A DNA stretch of 26,036 nucleotides from a virus, in the IMG/VR virus record IMGVR_UViG_3300027908_000020, positions 124,545 through 150,580 of that record; one strand, given 5' to 3'. A program made the position numbers and the translations under genes. Within the stretch, counting starts at the first letter, position 1. Each line of letters opens with the position of its first letter. The notes below the pieces were generated by a model. It ran no database searches. It saw nothing but the letters and a program-made list of their open reading frames with translations, and was not told where the DNA came from. This document shows positions 10,292 to 20,800 of the stretch, piece by piece.

Positions 10292-10726
10292 ATGTCTTTT
10301 GACTTGGAAGTAATCGGTGGCGATTTGGTAATTTCCAGTACAGGCGATCTTGCTACTGTTTCGGGTAGCAATAAATTAGAGCAGGACTTGATTAAAATAG
10401 CGATGACGCCCTTGGGCGGTAATCCTCTGCAACCCTGGTACGGTTCACTAGTGTCAAAAACCCTTATAGGTTCATACCTTAACTCATCAATTATTTTCAC
10501 TATGGCGCAAACACAACTAACAAGCGCTGTTGAAAACCTACAAACTCTACAAAATATGCAAGTAGCATCAGGGCAGCAAGTTACTCCAGATGAACAAATT
10601 GCTTCCATTACCAATATTTTAATAAATAGAAATACCGTAGATTTGAGACTAATTTCTGTTACGATACAGGTTTTATCAAAAGCTTTCGGCCAAGTTAGCA
10701 CTACTTTTACAGTTTCAAATACTTAG
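10292..10726 (+). CDS. gp25/GpW-like baseplate wedge subunit (sheath initiator)
   Basis: 144 aa; GDLATVSGSNKLEQDLIKIAMTPLGGNPLQPWYGSL matches the gp25/DUF2634-type 'L.T..G....P.YG' pattern. GGAG SD at 10283-10286. Immediately upstream of Baseplate J. Confidence 0.88.
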   Translation: MSFDLEVIGGDLVISSTGDLATVSGSNKLEQDLIKIAMTPLGGNPLQPWYGSLVSKTLIGSYLNSSIIFTMAQTQLTSAVENLQTLQNMQVASGQQVTPDEQIASITNILINRNTVDLRLISVTIQVLSKAFGQVSTTFTVSNT

Positions 10727-10739
10727 TGTTATATAATTT

Positions 10740-10752
10740 ATAATAGGATAAT
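10740..10752 (+). repeat. 13-bp intergenic motif ATAATAGGATAAT, copy 1 (upstream of Baseplate J)
   Basis: Identical to 25828-25840; both copies lie in non-coding gaps before a start codon. Confidence 0.55.
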
Positions 10753-10753
10753 T

Positions 10754-13700
10754 ATGGTCACGATCAGGTCAGCGAACGACATAGCATTAAGTCTAATTGA
10801 TTTTTTCAATACTGCGCAACCAACACTCGACGTGAAGCCAGGCACCGTCGCTCGTGACTTGTTTGTAGATTCAATATCCAGCCAATTAGCGCTAGTTTAT
10901 AATGAATTATCCAATATTTCAAATTTGCAATCACTGAGACTGGTTTCCGGAAGCGATCTCGACAAGTTAGCACAAAACTTTGGTGCAACAAGAAAGCCAG
11001 CAGCACAGGCCTCTGGCGTTGCTATTTTTACTTTTGCATCTATCCCCGCTGTTATCAGTATAAACGCCGGAGGAACTGTCACCGCTTCGAGCGGTGCAAC
11101 TTTTTCAGTAGTAAATGGCGTAAGCGTAGACCCAACAAATCTAAACTCATATAGGGCCGTAGCAGTAAAATACCAAAATAACTTAAATTTCCTAAATATT
11201 ACAGATCAGTACGCAGTTGAAGTAACTGTTCAGGCAACCAGCGCTGGCAGTGCCGGTAACATTTCTGCTTATAGCATTAATTCCACTTCTATTCCTGGCG
11301 TTTCAAATGTTACGAACGCTGTTGCATTCACAGGAGGAAGTGATCAAGAAACTGACGCTACTTTTAGAAATAGGGTGCTTGCAATTTTCAGTGGAGCAAA
11401 CGTTGGAACCGCTCTAGGATATACAAATGTTGCACTAGCAGCTAGCCCATCAGTTGACGACGCCTATGTTGTTGGCCCTGGTAATCCTCTCATGACTAGA
11501 GATGGTACTGTCGTAGTTCAAAATCCAGATGGGTCCTATACCATTATTTCTGATGGTTCAGGTGGCGATGTAGATATTTATATACTCGGTACAGTTCTTA
11601 CAGGCTATACTGATTCTTTTATTTACCAGGACAAGAGCAATACTAATAATCCTGCTAATGCTGCCAACGATTATGTGCTCGGACAAATAGCTGGTCAGAG
11701 CAACCTAACAATTACACAAAAAAGAGTCCAAGATATTGCAAATGGCGCACTACCAGCTCAACCTGTACAAGAAATTTTGCAAGTAACAGGTTCGCTAAGT
11801 GGATCAAATTTCGTGCCAGAGAGTATCGATAGTAATGGTGTTATTTCTGGAAACTACAAACTTATAAAAGACACCGGTAACTACGCAGGTAGTCCTTGGG
11901 GAATGGATACATTTGCCTGGGTATCAAACCAGATTACAATGCATCAAGAAGATGAGGTTAAGTCAACATTTAACGGCCAAGATACAACAGCATTTACAGA
12001 TGTACTTCAGATACCAGAAGCCCAGCAAAACATTTCTATCACAAATGAAAATAGTTTGGTGTCACCAACTGATAATTCAATGATAACCCTGTTGCATACA
12101 CCAGCAACAAATGTTACTAGAGTATTAAATGTAAATACAGGTGAAAGATACACAATCATAAATCAAAATGTTGGTAATACCGGAACTGTTAATACAACCG
12201 GTGTTATTCAAATAAGTGGGAACACACTTCCATCTTCAAGTGATATTCTCCAAGTTGATTATACGTGGATAGTTAGTTACGATCCATTTAGTGATTACGA
12301 TGGAAAAATATTAAATAATAATCCCAGATCGAATACTGATAGTGTCGATTGGGGCACAGCAAATGCTATACGATATGAAAGAACTCTGTTTACTCCGAAT
12401 AGCACGAATACGCTTTACACTGGAACTGTGCAAAATCCAGTATCATATGTTGTTTCTGCTAATGTATTTAGCAGCACTGAGGGAGCTATTTCTGCCAGCA
12501 CCGTAGCTAACTATACAAATAGACTTGCTATAGTGTTAACGAATTTACCAGCTGAAATAAACTCGATAACTAATCTTAAATTAACAAATACGAATCAAGA
12601 AATATACGCTACAGCGCAAGACGATGGATTTATTCTTAATACTGCCGTTGTGGTTGGTGTTAGCATTTTATATAATGTCATTATAGTTCTTCCAACAGAT
12701 ACTCCGGCAGCGATCGGCCAATACGCCACAATTGAATACAATGACTCTGATGTATTTAACATACCAAATTCAACTGGAAGTTTTGCATCCAATCAAATAA
12801 CAATTTCCTATAATAATATAGCGACATCAACTACCCAAATATATCTCGATGTGACGTACATTGCGGCAATACAAAATGTACTTACTGCAGGAATAACTAA
12901 TTTACCAATGAGTCGTTCCGGCAACGGCTTTATTGCAAACGATAATAATGGCTCTCTCAATAGAATAAAGTCCAATACTATGAAAAGGGAGAATGAGTCA
13001 ATACAAAAAAATACTTCAAATCAATTATATGTTACTTTGAGTATATCATCTAGCAATTATTCGCTCGATGGGTATGGTGTTGTAAGCGTAATAGACTTAT
13101 CAAGTGGCCTCGAAATTTGGAATCAAGATTTTCCTGGTACTGTCACTATAAATAGTTCTGGAAATTATGAATTAATATTTTCAGGATTGAACAGTCCCGC
13201 GGTTGGTGATAATGTTCTTATAATATATTTTGCAAATGATATAAATAGATTTCAGCCTTTCACATTCAGTAATAAAGTATTTAGTAAAAGTTTTGGCACA
13301 GTACAATATAATTTCACAACAAACAATTACTATGTACCATTACAAAGTTTTATTATAGAGAATAATATAACTTTTAATGTAATTGATACAACTACCGGAC
13401 TCTCTATTGGAACTGATACTGATGGGTACATATCAGCAATTGTATCAAATGGGTCCACAGCTACGTTCTCTAGTGATACATTTAGTTTCAACAACGTTTC
13501 AAATTTGTTGGGAAAAACTATACAGCTTCATCATACTGTTAATGTAAATAATGCCGGAACATTCAGCATACTTGCATTTAACCCAAATACAAATTCTATT
13601 ACAATAGGGGTAGTAACAGAGAATATAAATACTAATCAAATTAGTGTTATTGCTATACAAAGCGGCGATGACTTATGGACAAATCAATGTACCATAAATC

Positions 13701-14842
13701 TTACGAACAATACATTAAATTTTCCTGCATCAACGGTCACATCTATTGGTAGTGAGGTGATAGTTCTTCTTTTTACAAATAAGAACTTACATCAAGCACC
13801 GACAAAATTAGCAATTACTTCCACAGATCAAACAAACAATACTGGAAAAGTCACTGTAACTGGAACCGTTATAACAGAGGTAAACTCAATTATATTCTCG
13901 GCCACTCAAAACGGCCTAACACAAAATATTTTGTCTGCAGTTTCCACCTTTCTGGGTTCCCCGAGTAGCTTCCAGTTCCCGTCTAATTCATATGTTATAA
14001 GACTTATGCAGCTCACAAAAGTTACAACTGCTGGCACCGAGGTATTATCAACACTTGCAACATATGATGTACTGGGAACAGAAATATTAAATAATCTACT
14101 ATACTCAAATGAAATGGTGTATAACTCATCATTATCAAATATACAATTTACATTACCATCAACAACAAACAACATAAACAACGCACCTAAGATAGGTGAT
14201 CAGCTACAAATAACTTTCTACTATGCAACTGATAATGCAGCTGAAAGCGTGTATTTCACAAGAAATGGAACTCTATATACCAATAGCAGATTCGCATTCA
14301 TAGAGCAGCTTTACATTGCAAGCGGTTTCAACGCCACGCAGTCAGCAAGATTTACTTTAGCATACTTTACGCAGCCTGCAACCGGAACAAGATATACCAT
14401 CTATTATAATTACCTAGCCCCAAAGCAGAATGAAAGAATCTCAATAAACTATAACTATAATCAATTAATTAGTACGGTTACATTCGCCGAAGAGAATTCT
14501 AGACCAATAACTGCAGATGTATTGGTTAAAGCGGCAGTGGAGCTTCTTGTAAACGCAACTGTAAATATAGTAATTAGCTCAAACTATACAAATTCTGCAT
14601 CAGTAGTTATACAAAATGTGCAAAATAAAGTTATATCAACTATAAATACAAATACACTTGGAGCTATACTTAATTCATCCGATCTTATAGTAGCTGCACA
14701 ATCTGTATCTGGAGTTGAAAGAGCAAGAATTCTAGCGTTCAATCTGAACGGTGTACTTGGACAAGTTCTTACGCTGCAAGCCCAAGCAAATCAATACTTT
14801 GCTGCAAATGTAGTCACAATCAACCAAGAAAGCCTAACATAA
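10754..14842 (+). CDS. Baseplate J / T4 gp6-like wedge protein with a ~950-aa internal insertion
   Basis: Canonical N-terminal motifs: DLDKLAQNFGATRKPAAQASG, VQATSAGSAGN, VTNAVAFTGGSDQETDATFRNR, GDVDIYI. Canonical C-terminus: RPITADVLV...LGAILNSSDLIVAAQSVSGVE. Confidence 0.9.
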   Translation: MVTIRSANDIALSLIDFFNTAQPTLDVKPGTVARDLFVDSISSQLALVYNELSNISNLQSLRLVSGSDLDKLAQNFGATRKPAAQASGVAIFTFASIPAVISINAGGTVTASSGATFSVVNGVSVDPTNLNSYRAVAVKYQNNLNFLNITDQYAVEVTVQATSAGSAGNISAYSINSTSIPGVSNVTNAVAFTGGSDQETDATFRNRVLAIFSGANVGTALGYTNVALAASPSVDDAYVVGPGNPLMTRDGTVVVQNPDGSYTIISDGSGGDVDIYILGTVLTGYTDSFIYQDKSNTNNPANAANDYVLGQIAGQSNLTITQKRVQDIANGALPAQPVQEILQVTGSLSGSNFVPESIDSNGVISGNYKLIKDTGNYAGSPWGMDTFAWVSNQITMHQEDEVKSTFNGQDTTAFTDVLQIPEAQQNISITNENSLVSPTDNSMITLLHTPATNVTRVLNVNTGERYTIINQNVGNTGTVNTTGVIQISGNTLPSSSDILQVDYTWIVSYDPFSDYDGKILNNNPRSNTDSVDWGTANAIRYERTLFTPNSTNTLYTGTVQNPVSYVVSANVFSSTEGAISASTVANYTNRLAIVLTNLPAEINSITNLKLTNTNQEIYATAQDDGFILNTAVVVGVSILYNVIIVLPTDTPAAIGQYATIEYNDSDVFNIPNSTGSFASNQITISYNNIATSTTQIYLDVTYIAAIQNVLTAGITNLPMSRSGNGFIANDNNGSLNRIKSNTMKRENESIQKNTSNQLYVTLSISSSNYSLDGYGVVSVIDLSSGLEIWNQDFPGTVTINSSGNYELIFSGLNSPAVGDNVLIIYFANDINRFQPFTFSNKVFSKSFGTVQYNFTTNNYYVPLQSFIIENNITFNVIDTTTGLSIGTDTDGYISAIVSNGSTATFSSDTFSFNNVSNLLGKTIQLHHTVNVNNAGTFSILAFNPNTNSITIGVVTENINTNQISVIAIQSGDDLWTNQCTINLTNNTLNFPASTVTSIGSEVIVLLFTNKNLHQAPTKLAITSTDQTNNTGKVTVTGTVITEVNSIIFSATQNGLTQNILSAVSTFLGSPSSFQFPSNSYVIRLMQLTKVTTAGTEVLSTLATYDVLGTEILNNLLYSNEMVYNSSLSNIQFTLPSTTNNINNAPKIGDQLQITFYYATDNAAESVYFTRNGTLYTNSRFAFIEQLYIASGFNATQSARFTLAYFTQPATGTRYTIYYNYLAPKQNERISINYNYNQLISTVTFAEENSRPITADVLVKAAVELLVNATVNIVISSNYTNSASVVIQNVQNKVISTINTNTLGAILNSSDLIVAAQSVSGVERARILAFNLNGVLGQVLTLQAQANQYFAANVVTINQESLT

Positions 14843-14851
14843 CGAGAAGGT

Positions 14852-17800
14852 ATGGTAAGTAATCTACGAATTATCTCTATCACTGTAACAACTAGTACTA
14901 GTATTACGGCTAAATTTACGGCTCCCCTTTCAGAAGAAATTGGTGTACCAAATGTATTGCTCCAATCTCAAACACCTGGAGTACTAGATGGTCAAGTAGT
15001 TGCCGTAACTGCATCAGGCGCTAATTTAATTATTACTACCCTGCCTCTCATACCATTTGCGGCGTACTTTATAACTTTCCAATCTACAACCGAAACTCTA
15101 TTTAGTTCATTAAATGGTGATGCTGTACTGCCCAATGATGGAGTTTCAAATAAGCAACTTATACTAGCCCCAGCACTACCTGATGACCCATCTATAAACT
15201 ATCTAAATAGTTTTTTTCTTAACAACGTCTATAACTACACGCCACCATCCATAATTGGAAGCTATCTTCAAGGCATTGGTAGTACTATATCTCAAACAAT
15301 ATATGATATACGACAATCTGGAAATGAAAATTACCTTACATTTACGGTAACAGATGAACAAAAAACCAGAGGCGCGGGCGCCTTCGATAGATTAGATGAG
15401 GAATCGGCATACGAAGTTTTAAGAGTTGGTATAACGCCAACAGGCGCTACATTAAATAATACAACACAACTTAATCCATTCCCATCCTATATAGTATCTT
15501 TAATAGCAACGGAAAATTCGGACTCATTACAGGCTAGTTCCGAGGATACGGCTATAACATTTAACGTTGATGATTTTACGTTGAATTTGAGCAAGCAAAA
15601 TGTCATTATTTTGAATAGCGTAGTGTTTATCTATAATTCTGCAGTTACTCCGTATACATATAATATACAGCAGTACGGATATCAGATATTAAACTCTGAA
15701 TATGATCCAAATTATGCATTTACATATTTTCAACTCAATAGCAATCAGATAAAATTGAATGATCAGGTATTAAGTGATCCAAATTTTTCACTTGATAATA
15801 TAGCTAGTATACAAGTTTCATATCAATATAAGAACACTGGAAAAATTGTTGACTCTACTACATTGGTAATTGATACCGATCTTTCATCTGGAAGAGAAAT
15901 TGTTCCACCAATAGAAAATATTTTTACACTGCAGCACGCACCGATAGTCACGGCTAGCGATGTCGTAGGATCTCTTGGAGATGTAACATTTATAGATCCA
16001 AACGCTATACCAGGTTCCAACACCCCACATCCAGCATTTTTGTATGAAATACCATATAGTTTAAGCTATCTGCCATCCATGCCTGGTCAATATGCAGTGG
16101 ATTATTCAACTGGAACCGTTTATGTTTATGGAGCATCAAGCAGTAAAGATGGTACTGGTCCAACACCACCACTCGCTATCTACACCTATAGATATACTTT
16201 TTCGTCCCTGATTGATTACGTATATGATTCTGATACGCTCGATCTTGTTGGATTACCTCTGGGAAATTTAATTGGTTCGGCAGCCAATATATATTATGAA
16301 TATGAACAAGTACTATCACAAGGCATTGACTATCAAGCAGATGTACATATAGAAGCGCTGAACGAAGAAGTTGGCAATAGGCTAGTAGCTCTAAACGCTG
16401 TTCAAACACTCAATACTCCGATAACAGATGTATTTAGGATTTTCAATGAAACAACTGGAGAGCTATACAACGTATTGCGTTGGACCGATAGCTTAATTTA
16501 TTTTACGTATGTTCAAGCTCCAAACATACAGCCCGAAAATATGGAAAGAGCAACGTTTGCAGATAATCTCAATGAAACTCTCTTTATAAATTCCATAACA
16601 TCTCTATCTCCAACAGTAAGTGTCTTCCAATTCTTCTTAAACAATAACAATATAATAGCTCAATCTCAAGATTGCATTGGGTCGTCAATTAATACAAGTG
16701 TAAGCCTTTCTAACAATAACATATTTGTAAGAGAAGTATACTTCGATAATAATCTGTCGGACATAATAAACCAATCACGACTTACAAGCATAGGCGATTA
16801 TCAGATCGACTACGCAAATGGAGTTGTCTGGGTTGTTGTGCCATCTAATCAGTCTACTTCAGTTGGTACCATATCGTATAAGTATGGGTACGTTGTTCCT
16901 AACTTCCCACACGTTATAACTGTAGAAGATATTTATTATCAGATAAGCGCACTGGGGCCAAAAGGTAAACATTTCACATATAACAACTTTACTGATGGAA
17001 GTATACTACCTAGTTCATTTGATATTTCAAATGAAACATTTCTAAATGGCAATATCGGATATCCATACTTGCTATTCAATGGGCAAGTTGGTACTTTTGA
17101 AAATGCTACGTTTACTCCAGGCGTCGCACAGTTCATTAAGAATTTAAGAGGAATCTTTGAGTACGAAGATGTTTTGAATAACTTTACTCCAATCAATTTC
17201 GCAACATCTTCCACATTTAATGGAAACACAATAACTGTAAATCCTCTTACTACGCAAGAATACCATAATGTTCAATTTGATGGAACAAATTACTACGTTT
17301 ATCTAAATACATCACTGTCATATTTATCTACAAACATTACATTATCTGTTCAAATAACAAGACTAACAGATAATGCATCTCTGTGGAATAGTTCTGGCCA
17401 AGTCGTATTGGGTGCACCAATCAAATTGATTTTACCAGGCATAAATGGTACCGCTGTTGGCAATCCTGTTCTAGTAACATACACATATACTATTAACAAT
17501 ATCTCTAGAATTGTCGCTGACTATGACAAGGGAGGATATTACATAGACTACACATATCTAGCTGACAATATATCGATAAGCTATGAGTATGGAGATAATG
17601 TCCTAGATTTTAGCCAGTCTCTCGCACTCAGTACGGGAGAAACCTATTACACGACATACAAAGTCGGAGCGCTAAGGAATGCTCTGCTCCAAAATTTCGG
17701 AACATTGATAGATTTACCGCTCCTCAATGACTTAGATACAACATTCCCAAGAGAAGATTATCGTGATTCATTAATTGCGGCAATGCAGTCTTTTACTGCT

Positions 17801-20800
17801 GGCCCAACAAAAACATCGATAGCAAATATCGTACAAACAATAGTAAAGACGCCTCCACAGATTATCGAGTCTATTTTCCAAAGCTGGGTGCTAGGGCAAA
17901 GTTTATTAAACCTTCAGCCAATAAATACCACAGGAGAATTCAATTTAGTTCCGGCAAAATATGGTAATGGAGTTTGTATAAATCAACCAGGACAAACAAT
18001 CACATTTCCGATATCATCAAATCTAAGACTACAGGATGGATCGTTAGAAACTTGGATTGTTCCACAGTGGAATGGAATAGATAATAAGTCGAAATTATTT
18101 ATCACCATTTATAAGGATGGGGAGCCAATACTCCCACAAGAAGTATTTATCGGCCCAGCCGAATTTCATCCCCCGTACAATCAATCGACATTTGAGATAG
18201 ATACTACGGCTAATGTTTTCGGCATTCCAAATGAAAATAAGAATGGCGTGTTCATTTACAATGCTCCCGACGTCACTGGAATATTTAACAGATGGTATAT
18301 AGATGTCATAGATGGGTATGCTGACGGATACGCAGTTAAAAACTACCAAATAACAGTCAAAACAGATGGAAAGTTTTATGATGTGAAATCTACAGTAATA
18401 CCGCAGCCACCAACCTCTATTATTCAAAGCGGTAATCAATCTGTGAATTTCTATATTCAAGGAACCTCTGATCCTATGCAGGGGATAACATTTGTCGCTG
18501 ATGATCACCATTACATATTTGATTTCGGAGAGGCGCATAACTCGAATAGATTTTCGTTATTCAAAGATGAAAGTGGATATTTGAATTTCAGAGTAATAGA
18601 TAGGAATAAAAACTACTACACTCTTGGTGCGGATATCTCTAGTTGGCAAGCAGGACAAACTCATCAAGTTGCAACTTCATGGGCAATAGGAAATCCAACA
18701 AAACGCGATGAAATGCATTTGTTTATAGATGGACTTGAGGTTCCAAACATAATCAAATACGGAAGCAAAGTTGCGCCATACCTGCATGAAAAATACAGGA
18801 CAGTTGATCCGGAAGAAATTGTAGGGCTCCTCCCAAGACCAGTTGTTGGATTTTATGATATGACAACCACGGCAGGAAGTGGTCTCGTTACATCAAGCAT
18901 AAACTTCACTGCGTCGGGTATACTTCCTGGAGATACACTTTATGTGCTAGAGCCTGGGTATTCCCCATCTGGATACACTATAACAACTGTCAATGGACAA
19001 AATTTAATAGTGTCTACTCCGCTGCCAATCACAATGACTGGGGCTACTTATAGCGTAAATCAAACATCATTTGATGTATTGACGGATATGGATTTGTATA
19101 CAAATGTATCTGTATCGCTCATGCATGTTTTTGTGAATCCAAATTCAGATACGCCAGTTCAAGGCACTGATTTGCACGTCATAAGCGGATCAAATATAGT
19201 TACGTCATCTATAAACTTTGCAAACGCTGGTGTTTTGCCGGGGTTTTCGATCAATATAAATGAGTCAGGGTTTGCGCCATTATATACGATAGTATCTGTA
19301 AGTGGTAGCACACTTGTACTGACTGATCCTATGCCAGCAAGTTATAGTGCATCGCCCTTCTTTGTATACTCGGGAGCGTCGGAAGAAATACCAGGATTAA
19401 ATGCTCTCCATCCAGCTTATTCGATAAGTAGAGACGCCAACTTTAACGAAGTGCTAACAATAGACAATAGCACTGAAGCAAATGATATTGTGCTAATTAA
19501 CACATTTGGTTTGAATCATAGACTAACGACACAAAAATACTATGTGTGGGCAGACGGGTATTCTCCGCAGTTGAGCAATACAATTACAACGCACATGCCA
19601 CCACCTATACTTCTTGGTGATGTGAATATTAAACACGGATTGCTGTCCCCAACAAACATAGGGCCAAGTAACTCCACTGTAGTAGCTGGACAATTTGTAT
19701 CAAATCAGCTTTTAACTGATCAACCATCTATCTCCGACAATGGAAGAACTTTATCTATCTATATAAGTGGTGATAATATCAATTATGCAAATCCAGTACA
19801 AGTTAACATAACCGGAACAGTTGCAGGTGTACCAGGTATTACCGAGACTGTTACGTTTACACAAAATGAAACGCTCAGTACAACGAGCAGATTTGAATAC
19901 GTTAACTATGTAGTTGTTACATGTACCCCAAACAACATAACGATGAACTCTGCTGTTATTGCAATCGAAGAATTGTATCCAATAACAACACCAGAGGATA
20001 GTGTAAATTATCCGGTGATAAGATTTAGTTATCAAGTTAATGTTGGAAATACTTTAGTTAGTAATGGCACTAATGTTGTATCGGATCCAAATGTATTTTT
20101 CTCATCGCAAAATGTTGGGAACTACTTAATCATATCTTCGCCTCCAGCATCAGCTGGCCAATATCAGATAATTGCTGTTAACACTGAAACTCAAACGATG
20201 ACATTGTCTTCGAACGTACCAACTTCGTTCACCAATGGGCAATATCAGGTTCTAAATCCAACCACATATAGAAGCGGTCTTCAGAACGGATTCTTTACAC
20301 TTGAGAACGCTAATGCTCCTGGTAAGCCGTATAATATAGTACAGGGTACATATATATTCCAATACAATACGTATATTTCAATACCATTGAGATCCGGTAC
20401 CCTAATTGGATATATTGGTTCTGATATGTTTGGTGAAAATCAAGTAGACTCAACATTGAATCAATTTATGATAGTCTCTGAAATGCTCACTGATATTAGA
20501 ATTGGTGATGTAGTACAAAATACTCAAGAAACCATTACTACTGATTATAATTCATTGAAAGCTTTGAGTCCAAACATAAATACACTAATGTTATTGAGCT
20601 TTAATTCATTTCCATTCACAAATACAGCAAGTATATATACTACTGCTACAAATGAATTTATACAGTGCTCGACTAGCGTAAATAATAATTTCGATCAAAG
20701 CATTGTGCTAACTAAAAAACCAATGCAAATTGATAATGCCGGTATCCTAACCGCAAATCAGCAGGGTACAATAGAATTCTGGGTTAGTCCTTTATTTGAT

